Part shown: positions 1 through 8,299 of the stretch, piece by piece
Position numbering within the stretch: position 1 is the first letter of the stretch
How the letters are laid out: every line of letters begins with the position of its first letter
NCBI GenBank assembly: GCA_001793895.1
Contig: MGIT01000001.1
Location: 106,508 to 170,507, forward strand
Length of the DNA stretch: 64,000 nucleotides
Reading direction: 5' to 3'
DNA from: Candidatus Wolfebacteria bacterium RIFOXYB1_FULL_54_12
GTDB lineage: Bacteria > Patescibacteriota > Minisyncoccia > UBA6257 > UBA9933
The notes under the pieces: model-generated
Seen by the model: only the letters and a program-made list of their open reading frames with translations
Databases searched by the model: none
What the model was told of the DNA's origin: nothing
Made by a program: the position numbers and the translations under genes

Positions 1-530
1 AAATGCCGCCACCGAATGCCCGACACCAATACGAACCCGAACCACACCGAAAACATGAGCAACACGGAACCAAGATCGGGCTGCAAATAGATAAGCGCCG
101 CGGGAATGACGAAATAAATGAACGACTTCGCAAGCGTGGAAAGCCGGGCGATGCTTCGATGGCTTTTTCTGAAAAAGCTCGCCAGCACCACGATGAGCGC
201 AAGGTTCGCAAACACCGATGCCTGAAATTGAAAAGGGCCAATGGGGATCCATGCCTTGTTTCCCCGGATCTCGGGGGCAATGACCAGCGTCAATGCCAAT
301 AATCCGATAGCCGCCGCATAAACACCGAAGATAACCCCGCGGTAGTTTGCGAACGAACGCCAATCGAAATAGGTCACAAACAGCATGAGCGCGAACCCCA
401 TACCGATAAACAACAGCTGCTTCCAAAACAAATCCAAGCTTATGCTCGCCAACTCAAGCAACCCTGCGAACGAAAGAAGCGCAACCGCGCCATTCAACTT
501 CCAATCAAAATGTCGCAAATAAGATAACAT
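1..530 (-). CDS. FtsW/RodA/SpoVE family cell-cycle membrane protein; the 3' end runs off the window start
   Basis: The reverse-complement frame reads MLSYLRHFDWKLNGAVALLSFAGLLELASISLDLFWKQLLFIGMGFALMLF..., a multi-TM pattern typical of SEDS proteins. It is absent from the ORF track because it runs off the window edge. Confidence 0.55.
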   Translation of the reverse strand, partial: MLSYLRHFDWKLNGAVALLSFAGLLELASISLDLFWKQLLFIGMGFALMLFVTYFDWRSFANYRGVIFGVYAAAIGLLALTLVIAPEIRGNKAWIPIGPFQFQASVFANLALIVVLASFFRKSHRSIARLSTLAKSFIYFVIPAALIYLQPDLGSVLLMFSVWFGFVLVSGIRWRH

Positions 531-558
531 GTCCTTTTAATCACCGACGCCCTCTCTT

Positions 559-628
559 TGTCATCCTGAACTCGTTTCAGGATCTTATTGTCCATAAACG
601 AGATTCCGGCTCGTAGGCCGGAATGACA
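559..628. repeat. TGTCATTCC nested-palindrome element (composite, 18 bp spacer)
   Basis: tgtcatcctgaactcgtttcaggatc ttattgtccataaacgag attccggctcgtaggccggaatgaca. Confidence 0.85.
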
Positions 629-812
629 GCTCCTAACTCAAATCCCTTATAGAATACCCGTTAAACGTACCTTTGTCATCTTTCTTGCAATGTATCGACG
701 TTCAACGTCGATACAATCAATATTTGCGTCTTGCAATAACGCAAATATTGCCATTATTTAGCCATTACTTGCTTAAATTCAATTGAGCGACATCGAATGT
801 CGCTCATATTCA

Positions 813-1958
813 TCATAAATTCAAATCCCCATTCGCCTCAATTTTATACTTCTTGCCACGCAAATAGTCGATATATCCCGAAACGGCAATCATCAACGCA
901 TTATCGGTAGAAAATTCGCTCACGATCAACAGTGGTCGATCTTTCTTTAGCGTGAACTTCTTTTCGATTGCTTCCGTAAACAAAGCACGCAAGGTGCGGT
1001 TGGCCGAAACTCCGCCCGAGATCATAATGGACTTCGCACCGAATTCTTCTACCGCGCGGAGCGTCTTTTTGATCAGTACATCCGCCGCCGCCTTTTGAAA
1101 ACTCGCGGCAATATCCGCTTTCGGAATACTTTTCCCCGCTTTCGTCAGATCGCGGATATAATACAGCACAGAGGTCTTCAGGCCGGAAAAACTGAAATTA
1201 TAATTTTTATGCCCGATCATCGGACGCGGGAAATCGATCGCCATCGGGTTGCCATCTTTCGCCAAGCGTTCGATTTCAGGCCCGCCCGGATACGGGAGGC
1301 CAATCAAACGCGCAACCTTGTCGAACGCCTCCCCCACCGCATCGTCAACCGTCTCGCCCAATTTTTTAAAATGGGTCAGGTCGTCCATTCTCAACAAAAT
1401 GGTATGACCCCCGCTGATGATCAACGCGATCGCGGGGAATATCCCCGCATTGTCATTCCCGCGGAGGCGGGAATCCACATCCTTACTTACCAAAAAACTA
1501 TATAAGTGCCCCTCCAAATGATTAGTGGGCACCAGCGGCTTGCCATATTTGGCCGCAAGCTCCTTTGCAAATTCAATGCCGGTCCACAATGCAGGTTCCA
1601 AACCAGGCCCAACGGTCACGGTAATGAAATCTACCCGATTCATAAAATCAGCCTCCCCCGCATTGTCATTCCCGCCCTTCTCTTTGTCATTCCCGCGGAG
1701 GCGGGAATCCACCACTATTTTATCAACAATCTCTTTAAATAATAGTGGCAAATTCTCCAAATGCGCGCGCTTTGCCAATCCCGGCACTACGCCGCCATAC
1801 GGCTGGTGCAGCTTGATCTGCGACGCGACCACATCGCCATGTACCTCAAACTTCGGCTTTTCCAAACCCCCGCTCGCCGTAACAAAAGAAAGGGCTGTTT
1901 CATCACAGCTCGTTTCAATCGACAAGATATACACCTTTTGTTTCTTCTCTAAAGACAT
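813..1958 (-). CDS. tsaD: tRNA N6-adenosine threonylcarbamoyltransferase TsaD (Kae1/Gcp family). It carries two in-frame repeat-element insertions.
   Basis: The 381 aa ORF reads MSLEKKQKVYILSIETSCDETALS...HLEGHLYS...GGVSANRTLR. It is longer than a typical TsaD of about 340 aa. The extra segments VDSRLRGNDNAG and VDSRLRGNDKEKGGNDNAG are exact translations of the palindromic repeat. Confidence 0.9.
   Translation of the reverse strand: MSLEKKQKVYILSIETSCDETALSFVTASGGLEKPKFEVHGDVVASQIKLHQPYGGVVPGLAKRAHLENLPLLFKEIVDKIVVDSRLRGNDKEKGGNDNAGEADFMNRVDFITVTVGPGLEPALWTGIEFAKELAAKYGKPLVPTNHLEGHLYSFLVSKDVDSRLRGNDNAGIFPAIALIISGGHTILLRMDDLTHFKKLGETVDDAVGEAFDKVARLIGLPYPGGPEIERLAKDGNPMAIDFPRPMIGHKNYNFSFSGLKTSVLYYIRDLTKAGKSIPKADIAASFQKAAADVLIKKTLRAVEEFGAKSIMISGGVSANRTLRALFTEAIEKKFTLKKDRPLLIVSEFSTDNALMIAVSGYIDYLRGKKYKIEANGDLNL
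1451..1475. repeat. TGTCATTCC-family A-module inserted in frame in tsaD
   Basis: tgtcattcccgcggaggcgggaatc, which encodes DSRLRGND on the coding strand. Confidence 0.85.
1664..1709. repeat. TGTCATTCC-family A-module with a partial tandem duplication, inserted in frame in tsaD
   Basis: tgtcattcccgcccttctctttgtcattcccgcggaggcgggaatc. Confidence 0.85.
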
Positions 1959-2079
1959 AGCGAAATATATTTTAGCTTATCGCACCTTGCAGAACAATGC
2001 AAAAATCCATTAGCCATAAAGAAGAGGGCTTTAGCCCTCTTCTTATCCATAAACTATGAACTGTTGGCTGTGAACTTTT

Positions 2080-2376
2080 TTATATCCCCCAATGTCGTAC
2101 TCCTTTCTTTTCATAGCGGATGATGCCGGAAAGCACCAGCCCTACGCCCAAAAAACCGAACAGGTTAATAACGATCAATGCAATGTTGTGCAACAAAACG
2201 CTGTACAGTAGCAACACAAAATATCCGAATGAAAGGATGCTGTAGGTCAACAACGAAACATCCTTTGCACTGCGCCGTTTATATATTTTTAACGCTTGCG
2301 GAATATTGGCCAAACCCATAACAATTCCCATGAGTCCCGCCAATGAAGCAAATAGTTGAGTAAAGTCGATCATCAA
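2080..2376 (-). CDS. small membrane protein with a PQ-loop, SemiSWEET-like
   Basis: 98 aa with three predicted TM segments. A PQ motif (IPQALKIYKRRSAKDVSL) sits after the first TM. Confidence 0.5.
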   Translation of the reverse strand: MMIDFTQLFASLAGLMGIVMGLANIPQALKIYKRRSAKDVSLLTYSILSFGYFVLLLYSVLLHNIALIVINLFGFLGVGLVLSGIIRYEKKGVRHWGI

Positions 2377-2380
2377 TTTC

Positions 2381-2456
2381 TGTCATTCCCGTCCGCCAGC
2401 CGGCGGAGGAATCTATTTATAGAGTACTGGATTCCGGCTCGGAGGCCGGAATGACA
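2381..2456. repeat. TGTCATTCC nested-palindrome element (composite)
   Basis: tgtcattcccgtccgccagccggcggaggaatc tatttatagagtactgg attccggctcggaggccggaatgaca. Confidence 0.85.
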
Positions 2457-2548
2457 ATGCGGTGCCTGCAATAAGCAAAATGCCCATGTGGTTGAAGGAG
2501 GATAAAAAGAGCCCTCCTCCTGATGCCACATGGGCATTTTGCGATCAG

Positions 2549-5014
2549 TTATTTTGCTTTCTTGGCAAGTGCCGCCTCCTTCTCCGCGATAGCCATCGTA
2601 GTTTTTACCACCGTGTCGGGATTAAGCGAAATGCTTTCAATACCCGCTTCTACGAGAAACTGGGCAAAGTCCGGGTAATCGCTTGGTGCCTGTCCGCAAA
2701 TGCCGATATATTTCTTGCGGGCGATACACTTAGCAATCACATCCTTGATGAGTGTGGTTACTGCTTCATCCTTTTCGTTGGTGATATATTTAATCTTTTC
2801 ATTGCCGTCACGATCGATACCCACTGTCAGCTGGGTCAGATCGTTCGATCCAATACTCATGCCATCAAACACATCAAGAAACTTATCTGCCAAGATGACA
2901 TTTGCCGGGATTTCGCACATGACATAGGTGCGAATGCCGGTCTTTTTGCCAAGGCCGTTCTTTTCCATAATGGCAAGATTCTTTTTGCCTTCCTCGACGG
3001 TACGGCAAAACGGGATCATGACATGCACATTGTCCAAGCCCATAGCCTCGCGCACCTTTTTGATTGCCTTCAGCTCAAGCACGAATGCATCGGCAAAATC
3101 CGGATGATAATACCGCGAAGCCCCGCGCCAGCCGATCATCGGGTTTTCCTCCTTCGGTTCATACAGCTCACCGCCGATCAACGTACGGTATTCATTCGTT
3201 TTAAAATCGGAGAAACGTACGATGACCTGCTTCGGATAAAATGCCGCGCCGATCTTCGCAATGCCATAAGCAAGCTTATCGATATAGAACTGCACCTTGT
3301 CGTCGTAACCGACGGTCTTTTTGTCGATCTCGCCGACGATCTTCTTGGCGACCTTGTCGCCTTTCTTTGCCTGCGCCTGCAATTTCTTGTAGTTCAGCAA
3401 TGCGTTCGGGTGGATGCCAATCGAAGATGCAATGATGAATTCTTCACGTGCCAAACCAACGCCGCCATTCGGAAGGAACGATTTTTCAAACGCCGTATCC
3501 GGAGTCGCAATGTTCATCGTAATCTTTGTCTTCGTCTGCGGGATCTTTTTTACGTCATGCTCGCGCACGCTAAACTTCTTTGCGCCATCATAGACATATC
3601 CTTCGGTCCCTGCCGTATCAACGGTGACCAGCTTGCCGGTCTTGAGCTTTTTAGTCGCGTCAAGGCTGCCGACAATACACGGAATGCCGAGCTCGCGCGA
3701 CACAATGGCCGCATGCGATGTGCGCCCGCCCTTGTCGGTCACGATCGCGGAAGCGATCTTCATGATAGGCTCCCAATCCGGATCGGTCATGTCGGTCACC
3801 AACACTTCGCCCTGCTTGAACTGGGTAATATTCTTTACATTCATGATCATATGCACCTTGCCAGTCGCGATCTTGCTGCCCACGGAAATGCCCGTGACGA
3901 TCGGAGTGACCTTTTCTTCGAGCACATATTCCTTGACCTTGGTGAGGTCGCGTTCCGCGTGGATGGTTTCCGGTCGCGCCTGCACGATGAACAATTCACC
4001 GGTCTTGCCGTCGCGCGCCCATTCCATATCCATCGGAGTCCAACGATTGTGTACCTTGGTGTAGTGATCTTCGATCAGCACACCCCACTTTGCCAACTGC
4101 AAAACTTCCTTGTCATTCAATACAAATGAATTGCGCTCCTTCGGGCTTGTTTTTACGATCTTGGTCGACTTGGCACCCACGGACGTCGAGGTCATATAAA
4201 CCATTTTCGCATCCTTCGGCGCAAGCTTCTTGTCGATCACCGGATCCATGCCTCCGTTTTTGCCCGCCATCATCTCCTTCAAGCGCGGCTTGAATACCAA
4301 AAACTCATCGGGGGTCACTTCGCCCTGCACGATCATTTCACCCAAGCCCCACACAGCGTTGACCACGACCACATCTTTGAAGCCGGATTCGGTATCGAGC
4401 GTGAACATGACACCCGAGCTGCCAATATCGGAACGGACCATTTTTTGAACGCCCACGGACAAGGCCACCTTAAAGTGGTCGAAGCCCTTGTCGACGCGGT
4501 AGCTGGTTGCACGATCGGTAAAAAGTGACGCCATGGCGGCGCGCACGGCAAAAGAAACATCCTTTGCTCCACGGATGTTCAAAAAGGTTTCGTGCTCGCC
4601 GGCAAACGAAGCACCCGGAAGATCTTCGGCGGTCGCCGAAGAACGAACGGCAACATCTACATTCTTGCCGTATTTCTTTTCCATTTCACGATAGGCGTCT
4701 TCGATCTGCTTGCGCATATCGGCCGGAAACTCGGCTTTTTTGATCGCCTCGCGAATGAACTTGCACTTTTTCTGCAGTTGCGGAATATTCTTCGAATTAA
4801 GGTCCTTTAATGTGTCCTTGATCAACTTCTTCAAACCGGTCTCTTCCAAAAAATCGCGATAGGCTGTTGCCGTTACGATAAAACCGCCCGGGATGTTTAC
4901 CCCCTGCGGAACCAAGTGTTGTAGCATTTCGCCAAGCGATGCGTTTTTACCTCCAACCTCGCCGACATCATTGATGCCGACTTTGTCCATTTTCAGTGTA
5001 TATGATTTCTGCAT
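2549..5014 (-). CDS. ppsA: phosphoenolpyruvate synthase (pyruvate, water dikinase)
   Basis: 821 aa with an N-terminal ATP-grasp, the PEP-utilizing phospho-His motif GGRTSHAAIVSRELGIPCIVG, and a C-terminal PEP-binding TIM domain. Confidence 0.8.
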   Translation of the reverse strand: MQKSYTLKMDKVGINDVGEVGGKNASLGEMLQHLVPQGVNIPGGFIVTATAYRDFLEETGLKKLIKDTLKDLNSKNIPQLQKKCKFIREAIKKAEFPADMRKQIEDAYREMEKKYGKNVDVAVRSSATAEDLPGASFAGEHETFLNIRGAKDVSFAVRAAMASLFTDRATSYRVDKGFDHFKVALSVGVQKMVRSDIGSSGVMFTLDTESGFKDVVVVNAVWGLGEMIVQGEVTPDEFLVFKPRLKEMMAGKNGGMDPVIDKKLAPKDAKMVYMTSTSVGAKSTKIVKTSPKERNSFVLNDKEVLQLAKWGVLIEDHYTKVHNRWTPMDMEWARDGKTGELFIVQARPETIHAERDLTKVKEYVLEEKVTPIVTGISVGSKIATGKVHMIMNVKNITQFKQGEVLVTDMTDPDWEPIMKIASAIVTDKGGRTSHAAIVSRELGIPCIVGSLDATKKLKTGKLVTVDTAGTEGYVYDGAKKFSVREHDVKKIPQTKTKITMNIATPDTAFEKSFLPNGGVGLAREEFIIASSIGIHPNALLNYKKLQAQAKKGDKVAKKIVGEIDKKTVGYDDKVQFYIDKLAYGIAKIGAAFYPKQVIVRFSDFKTNEYRTLIGGELYEPKEENPMIGWRGASRYYHPDFADAFVLELKAIKKVREAMGLDNVHVMIPFCRTVEEGKKNLAIMEKNGLGKKTGIRTYVMCEIPANVILADKFLDVFDGMSIGSNDLTQLTVGIDRDGNEKIKYITNEKDEAVTTLIKDVIAKCIARKKYIGICGQAPSDYPDFAQFLVEAGIESISLNPDTVVKTTMAIAEKEAALAKKAK

Positions 5015-5142
5015 ACGATAGGATTCTTAAAATGTAATTTCTTATTGGTGTATGCGCCCAGTATACTACAATCAAAACCAAAAAAATACCCCAAATCATG
5101 GGATATTTTTGTCGAATTTGGCGATCATATTCAAGGCAACGG

Positions 5143-5436
5143 TCATTCCGCAGAATTTCCATCCAGTTGGCCAAAATGTTCTTTTGTGGCTCCGCAACTT
5201 GCGCATTCGGCCGGCGATTCGTCGGAAAGCTCCACGCGACCGCACGCATCGCACTCCCAACGCTTCTTATGGCGCGGTATGTGCTCCTCGGATACATATA
5301 CGCTTCCCAAAGGCTCAAACTCGAGCTTATTGAATTCCTCGCGCAAAGCGCCACAGTTCGGACATTCCGCAGGCGGCACCATGCCGTTATAGACATGACC
5401 GCATTTCTGACATTCCCATCGTGCAAGAGTTTCCAT
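5143..5436 (-). CDS. rubredoxin-like double zinc-ribbon protein
   Basis: 97 aa with four CxxC pairs: CQKC...CPNC and CDAC...CASC. Confidence 0.5.
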   Translation of the reverse strand: METLARWECQKCGHVYNGMVPPAECPNCGALREEFNKLEFEPLGSVYVSEEHIPRHKKRWECDACGRVELSDESPAECASCGATKEHFGQLDGNSAE

Positions 5437-5543
5437 GAAAAGATAAAATTATCGATTAATACAAAGTGCGCTGCGAATATCGCATCCGCACGCATATACA
5501 GTGTACACCACGCCACGAATATCGCGCAAACGTCCGCACACGA

Positions 5544-6095
5544 TCAGCGGATATGTTTTATGGTCGATGAACGAAACCGCGGCGGCTTGCCATAAATGGC
5601 GATGCCGCGATGCGTAATGTGCGGCCCCTTCGGCCCGTTGCCCACATCATGCCAACGCTCCAGAAATTCGGCAAAGGTAAGGTAGCCGCGATTCATAAGC
5701 GAAGGATCTTCAAAAATAAACTGTTCGTCATCATACCCGATGACCACGACATAATGCCCGTCATCGTAATCGCCCTTATAGTTTTGATGCCGATGCCCGG
5801 ACCATGCCTGAATATCCACGATGACGGGTACGCTCTTATCGATGTAACCCTTGATATCCGCAATGTTCATAGCGCGCATGTCCACGGAAAATCCTTCCGC
5901 CTTGGCAAAATCCGCTATCGCTTCCGGGTCCGTTCCGTCATGCGTGGTGTGCAGGCGCTTGATGAGCTGATCTTCACGAAATTCAATGCCGTAATAATAC
6001 AAAACCGACTGCATGGCGGAATCGCCACAGGTATAATCGGTCCCCTGCCGCACCTCAGGGAAATCAAGCAACCGCGTGTTGGAATGATTGGTCAT
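5544..6095 (-). CDS. peptidase C39-like (papain-fold) domain protein
   Basis: 183 aa. The YTCGDSAMQSVLYYYG segment holds a candidate catalytic Cys, followed by conserved His and Asp further on. Confidence 0.5.
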   Translation of the reverse strand: MTNHSNTRLLDFPEVRQGTDYTCGDSAMQSVLYYYGIEFREDQLIKRLHTTHDGTDPEAIADFAKAEGFSVDMRAMNIADIKGYIDKSVPVIVDIQAWSGHRHQNYKGDYDDGHYVVVIGYDDEQFIFEDPSLMNRGYLTFAEFLERWHDVGNGPKGPHITHRGIAIYGKPPRFRSSTIKHIR

Positions 6096-6126
6096 GATAT
6101 ATCAATACGCCACAAACAAAACGCCG

Positions 6127-6549
6127 TCAGTTAAAACCGTGCTGGTTGAAGAAAGGGGTAAATTTCTTATCCATGCCAAGAATATGCTCCTGCAACCATG
6201 TCCCCGAATACATCGCCATCTCTTCGGCAAGTTTTTGCACATCCACGTCCGGCTTTTGTATTTCATTCATAAAACGATTCGCGATCATGTCACGATACGC
6301 ATCATGCGCGGCGACATGTGTCGCAGTGTCCTCATAGTTGAATCCCCTGAAAAAACTTTCTTCGGTACTCAAATGATACAATGCATAATCTCCAAGTTCG
6401 CCGAACAAATTGGACAAAGCTTCCCGATCCGGGCTTTTCTCCCGGGAAATCGACGCCAGTTTATTTGCAATGGCAAAAAAATGTTGATGCTGTTCATCCA
6501 CCAACTGCACACCGACGCTGTACTCCGAAGTCCAAATAAATGTATCCAT
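6127..6549 (-). CDS. hemerythrin-like (bacteriohemerythrin) metal-binding protein
   Basis: 140 aa with an HHE cation-binding pattern: the start is MDTFIWTSEYSVGVQLVDEQHQHFF, and several H..H / H...D ligand positions follow. Confidence 0.6.
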   Translation of the reverse strand: MDTFIWTSEYSVGVQLVDEQHQHFFAIANKLASISREKSPDREALSNLFGELGDYALYHLSTEESFFRGFNYEDTATHVAAHDAYRDMIANRFMNEIQKPDVDVQKLAEEMAMYSGTWLQEHILGMDKKFTPFFNQHGFN

Positions 6550-6625
6550 AAAAAAATGGGTTAATTATTAAATATTCGCCTACACTTAAGAATAGCATAA
6601 GTAATCGGAATGCTCCACACAAAAC

Positions 6626-6649
6626 AAAAAACTCCTTTCGGAGTTTTTT
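6626..6649 (-). terminator. rho-independent terminator hairpin (bidirectional shape) downstream of tRNA-His
   Basis: The hairpin aaaaaactcc-tttc-ggagtttttt is flanked by T/A runs. Confidence 0.5.
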
Positions 6650-6655
6650 GCATAG

Positions 6656-6732
6656 TGGGGGTGCCCAGAGGGTATCGAACCCTCGACCTTCGGTACCACA
6701 AACCGACGTTCTACCACTGAACTATGGGCACC
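6656..6732 (-). tRNA. tRNA-His (GTG)
   Basis: Cloverleaf read from the reverse complement: acceptor GGTGCCC/GGGCACC, anticodon loop ttGTGgt, T-loop GGTTCGATACC. CCA is encoded. Confidence 0.8.
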
Positions 6733-6834
6733 ATGTACAATGTGGTCATTATAATAACCCGTTTGTTCATAAAAAACAAGCAAGAAAAAGCCCGGCCAAT
6801 AAACAGCCGGGCGTGGGTACCACAGAAACGTCAG

Positions 6835-7599
6835 TCAGAAAAGTGCACGAAAGATCCGGTCGCGCATCTTCCTATCGTCAAGTGCGATGACTTCTTCATA
6901 CAGCGTTACCAGATCATAGACCAGCTTGGCCCGATCGGTATACAACCGAAGGTCTTCGATGCGCCCGGCAGATACCATGCATTGCCCGCTCGCGGTAAAC
7001 GATGCCCGTGCGGCACTTTTTACCATGGCCAAGGTTCCGCACTCGCCTTGCATGCACTCAAGTTCATGGACCTTGTACGGAAAGCACTCGGAATGAAAAT
7101 CGCTTGCCTGAAACGCACTTTGCCCCGGATCATGCCGGATGAACTTGAATGCCTTCCCGTTTCCGGTGTAAAGAAATTTGATGTTTCCCGCGGTATCGGC
7201 CGGCGAGCTGCTCAAAGCGCCGCCGGTAAACACCGTGATGGCGACGTTGGTCGCAATACACGCTTTACCCTGACGCTCGACCGTCATAACCGTGCGTATC
7301 ACATCCGTCCTGCTTGCCCACATGGATATGGGCGTGATCGCGGCACCATTACGCAACCGCTGTCCGATCGCACGGCGGGTAAGCATTTCGATACTGCTCA
7401 ATCGCTGGGGGCTGGGATTGCCCCGCGCAGTCGCGCGCAATATCCTGCACACTCCATCCAATAAACTCTGCATCGACGATTCCTCCTCTCTTTCGGATTC
7501 CGTGATACTGAATATGTAAACAGAACTGCACCTATTTAACCCCACAATTATGTAAAAGTCAATAATAATCGTTTTATAACAAAAAAAGGGTTCCCTCAC
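6835..7599 (-). CDS. hypothetical protein between the tRNA genes; the true start is probably the internal MQSLLDGV
   Basis: 254 aa ORF. Its composition is more protein-like than the overlapping plus-strand ORF 6724..7464. No recognizable motif. Confidence 0.35.
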   Translation of the reverse strand: MREPFFCYKTIIIDFYIIVGLNRCSSVYIFSITESEREEESSMQSLLDGVCRILRATARGNPSPQRLSSIEMLTRRAIGQRLRNGAAITPISMWASRTDVIRTVMTVERQGKACIATNVAITVFTGGALSSSPADTAGNIKFLYTGNGKAFKFIRHDPGQSAFQASDFHSECFPYKVHELECMQGECGTLAMVKSAARASFTASGQCMVSAGRIEDLRLYTDRAKLVYDLVTLYEEVIALDDRKMRDRIFRALF

Positions 7600-7606
7600 A
7601 GAATCC
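7578..7606 (-). terminator. hairpin plus T-run downstream (minus-strand sense) of the tRNA-Phe 3'-end paralog
   Basis: aaaaaggg ttccctcacagaatcc tttttt. The loop motif CCTCACA is shared with the tRNA-Phe terminator at 7801..7830. Confidence 0.35.
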
Positions 7607-7621
7607 TTTTTTGTTTATTCA

Positions 7622-7775
7622 AATCCCTTTCGGTGCCGCGGGAGGGAGTTGCCTACAAGTCTCGCTTCGCCGCCGCTCAGCGAGCTCGCAGGCCGCCCCT
7701 CGCGATGTGCCCTGCTGGGCCGCATATCGCTGCGGTCTTAAACTCCCCACGCGGGCAAAGCAGTTTGCCCGCTCC
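7622..7775 (-). ncRNA. candidate structured RNA or att-site remnant. It is a 154 nt GC-rich segment closed by a GGTGCCG/CGGCACC stem, and it reuses the 3' 20 nt of tRNA-Phe.
   Basis: The segment has internal palindromes (gcgagctcgc, and gcgggcaaa-ctgc-tttgcccgc). Its GC content is far above the surrounding sequence. It shares a 38 bp exact direct repeat with the tRNA-Phe 3' flank. Confidence 0.2.
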
Positions 7776-7800
7776 ACGGCACCAACCAGATAAAAATAAA

Positions 7801-7830
7801 AAACATACTCCTCACAAGTATGTCTTTTAT
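7801..7830 (-). terminator. rho-independent terminator downstream of tRNA-Phe
   Basis: acatact-cctcaca-agtatgt, followed by a T-run on the minus strand. Confidence 0.5.
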
Positions 7831-7848
7831 TTTATTCAAATCCCTTTC

Positions 7849-7922
7849 GGTGCCGCGGGAGGGAGTTGAACCCCCGACGCTTGCCTCTTCAGGGCAACGC
7901 TCTACCGCTGAGCTACCGCGGC
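7849..7922 (-). tRNA. tRNA-Phe (GAA)
   Basis: Reverse complement reads GCCGCGGTAGCTCAGCGGTAGAGCGTTGCCCTGAAGAGGCAAGCGTCGGGGGTTCAACTCCCTCCCGCGGCACC. The anticodon loop is cTGAAga. Confidence 0.85.
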
Positions 7923-7998
7923 TTATACACCTATTCAAGATGTGCAATCATTATACATGGTTGGAATTTTTTTTCAATCCCAATCCCCTGTTATTGGT

Positions 7999-8033
7999 TA
8001 TAGGTTATTAGTTATTGGTTATCTTAGTCGGAG
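7999..8033. repeat. degenerate heptamer tandem tract (GGTTATN)n
   Basis: gttattggttataggttattagttattggttat. Confidence 0.6.
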
Positions 8034-8037
8034 AGCC

Positions 8038-8108
8038 GGGAATCGAACCCGGACCATATGCTCCCAAAGCATACATACTACCACTATACTACTCTCCGTT
8101 TGACAACT
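8038..8108 (-). tRNA. tRNA-Pro (TGG)
   Basis: Reverse complement reads CGGAGAGTAGTATAGTGGTAGTATGTATGCTTTGGGAGCATATGGTCCGGGTTCGATTCCCGGCTCTCCGA. The anticodon loop is ttTGGga. Confidence 0.8.
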
Positions 8109-8168
8109 GTTGCAGTTTGTCGCTTTCTTAGTATACTGAAATAGTCACAAAAGTAAATGCATTTGCAC

Positions 8169-8240
8169 GCCCCTGTAGTTCAATGGATAGAACAGGAGAC
8201 TTCTAATCTCCCAATATAGGTCCGATTCCTATCGGGGGCA
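8169..8240 (+). tRNA. tRNA-Arg (TCT)
   Basis: GCCCCTGTAGTTCAATGGATAGAACAGGAGACTTCTAATCTCCCAATATAGGTCCGATTCCTATCGGGGGCA. The anticodon loop is ctTCTaa. Confidence 0.8.
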
Positions 8241-8256
8241 CAAACCAAACACACAA

Positions 8257-8292
8257 ACACCCCGATGTAAACTGAACTGCGGGGTGTTTTTT
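8257..8292 (+). terminator. rho-independent terminator after tRNA-Arg
   Basis: acaccccg ... cggggtg, followed by tttttt. Confidence 0.6.
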
Positions 8293-8299
8293 GTATTCA

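Noticed and set aside
3-302. 99 aa plus-strand ORF at the window start.
   Set aside because: The opposite strand encodes a convincing FtsW/RodA-type polytopic membrane protein. The plus ORF is Arg/Lys-rich and low-complexity.
2462-4129. 555 aa plus-strand ORF.
   Set aside because: It is entirely antisense to the well-supported ppsA gene. Its composition is low-complexity and non-protein-like.
6724-7464. 246 aa plus-strand ORF between the tRNA genes.
   Set aside because: Its Arg/Pro/Gly-rich composition is typical of a spurious frame. The overlapping minus ORF is preferred, with low confidence.
7622-7775. tmRNA candidate (tRNA-like 3' end shared with tRNA-Phe).
   Set aside because: It is only about 154 nt. 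It lacks a recognisable tag-peptide reading frame ending in a stop, and it lacks a tRNA-Ala-like acceptor with G3:U70. It is kept only as a generic structured-RNA or att-remnant candidate.
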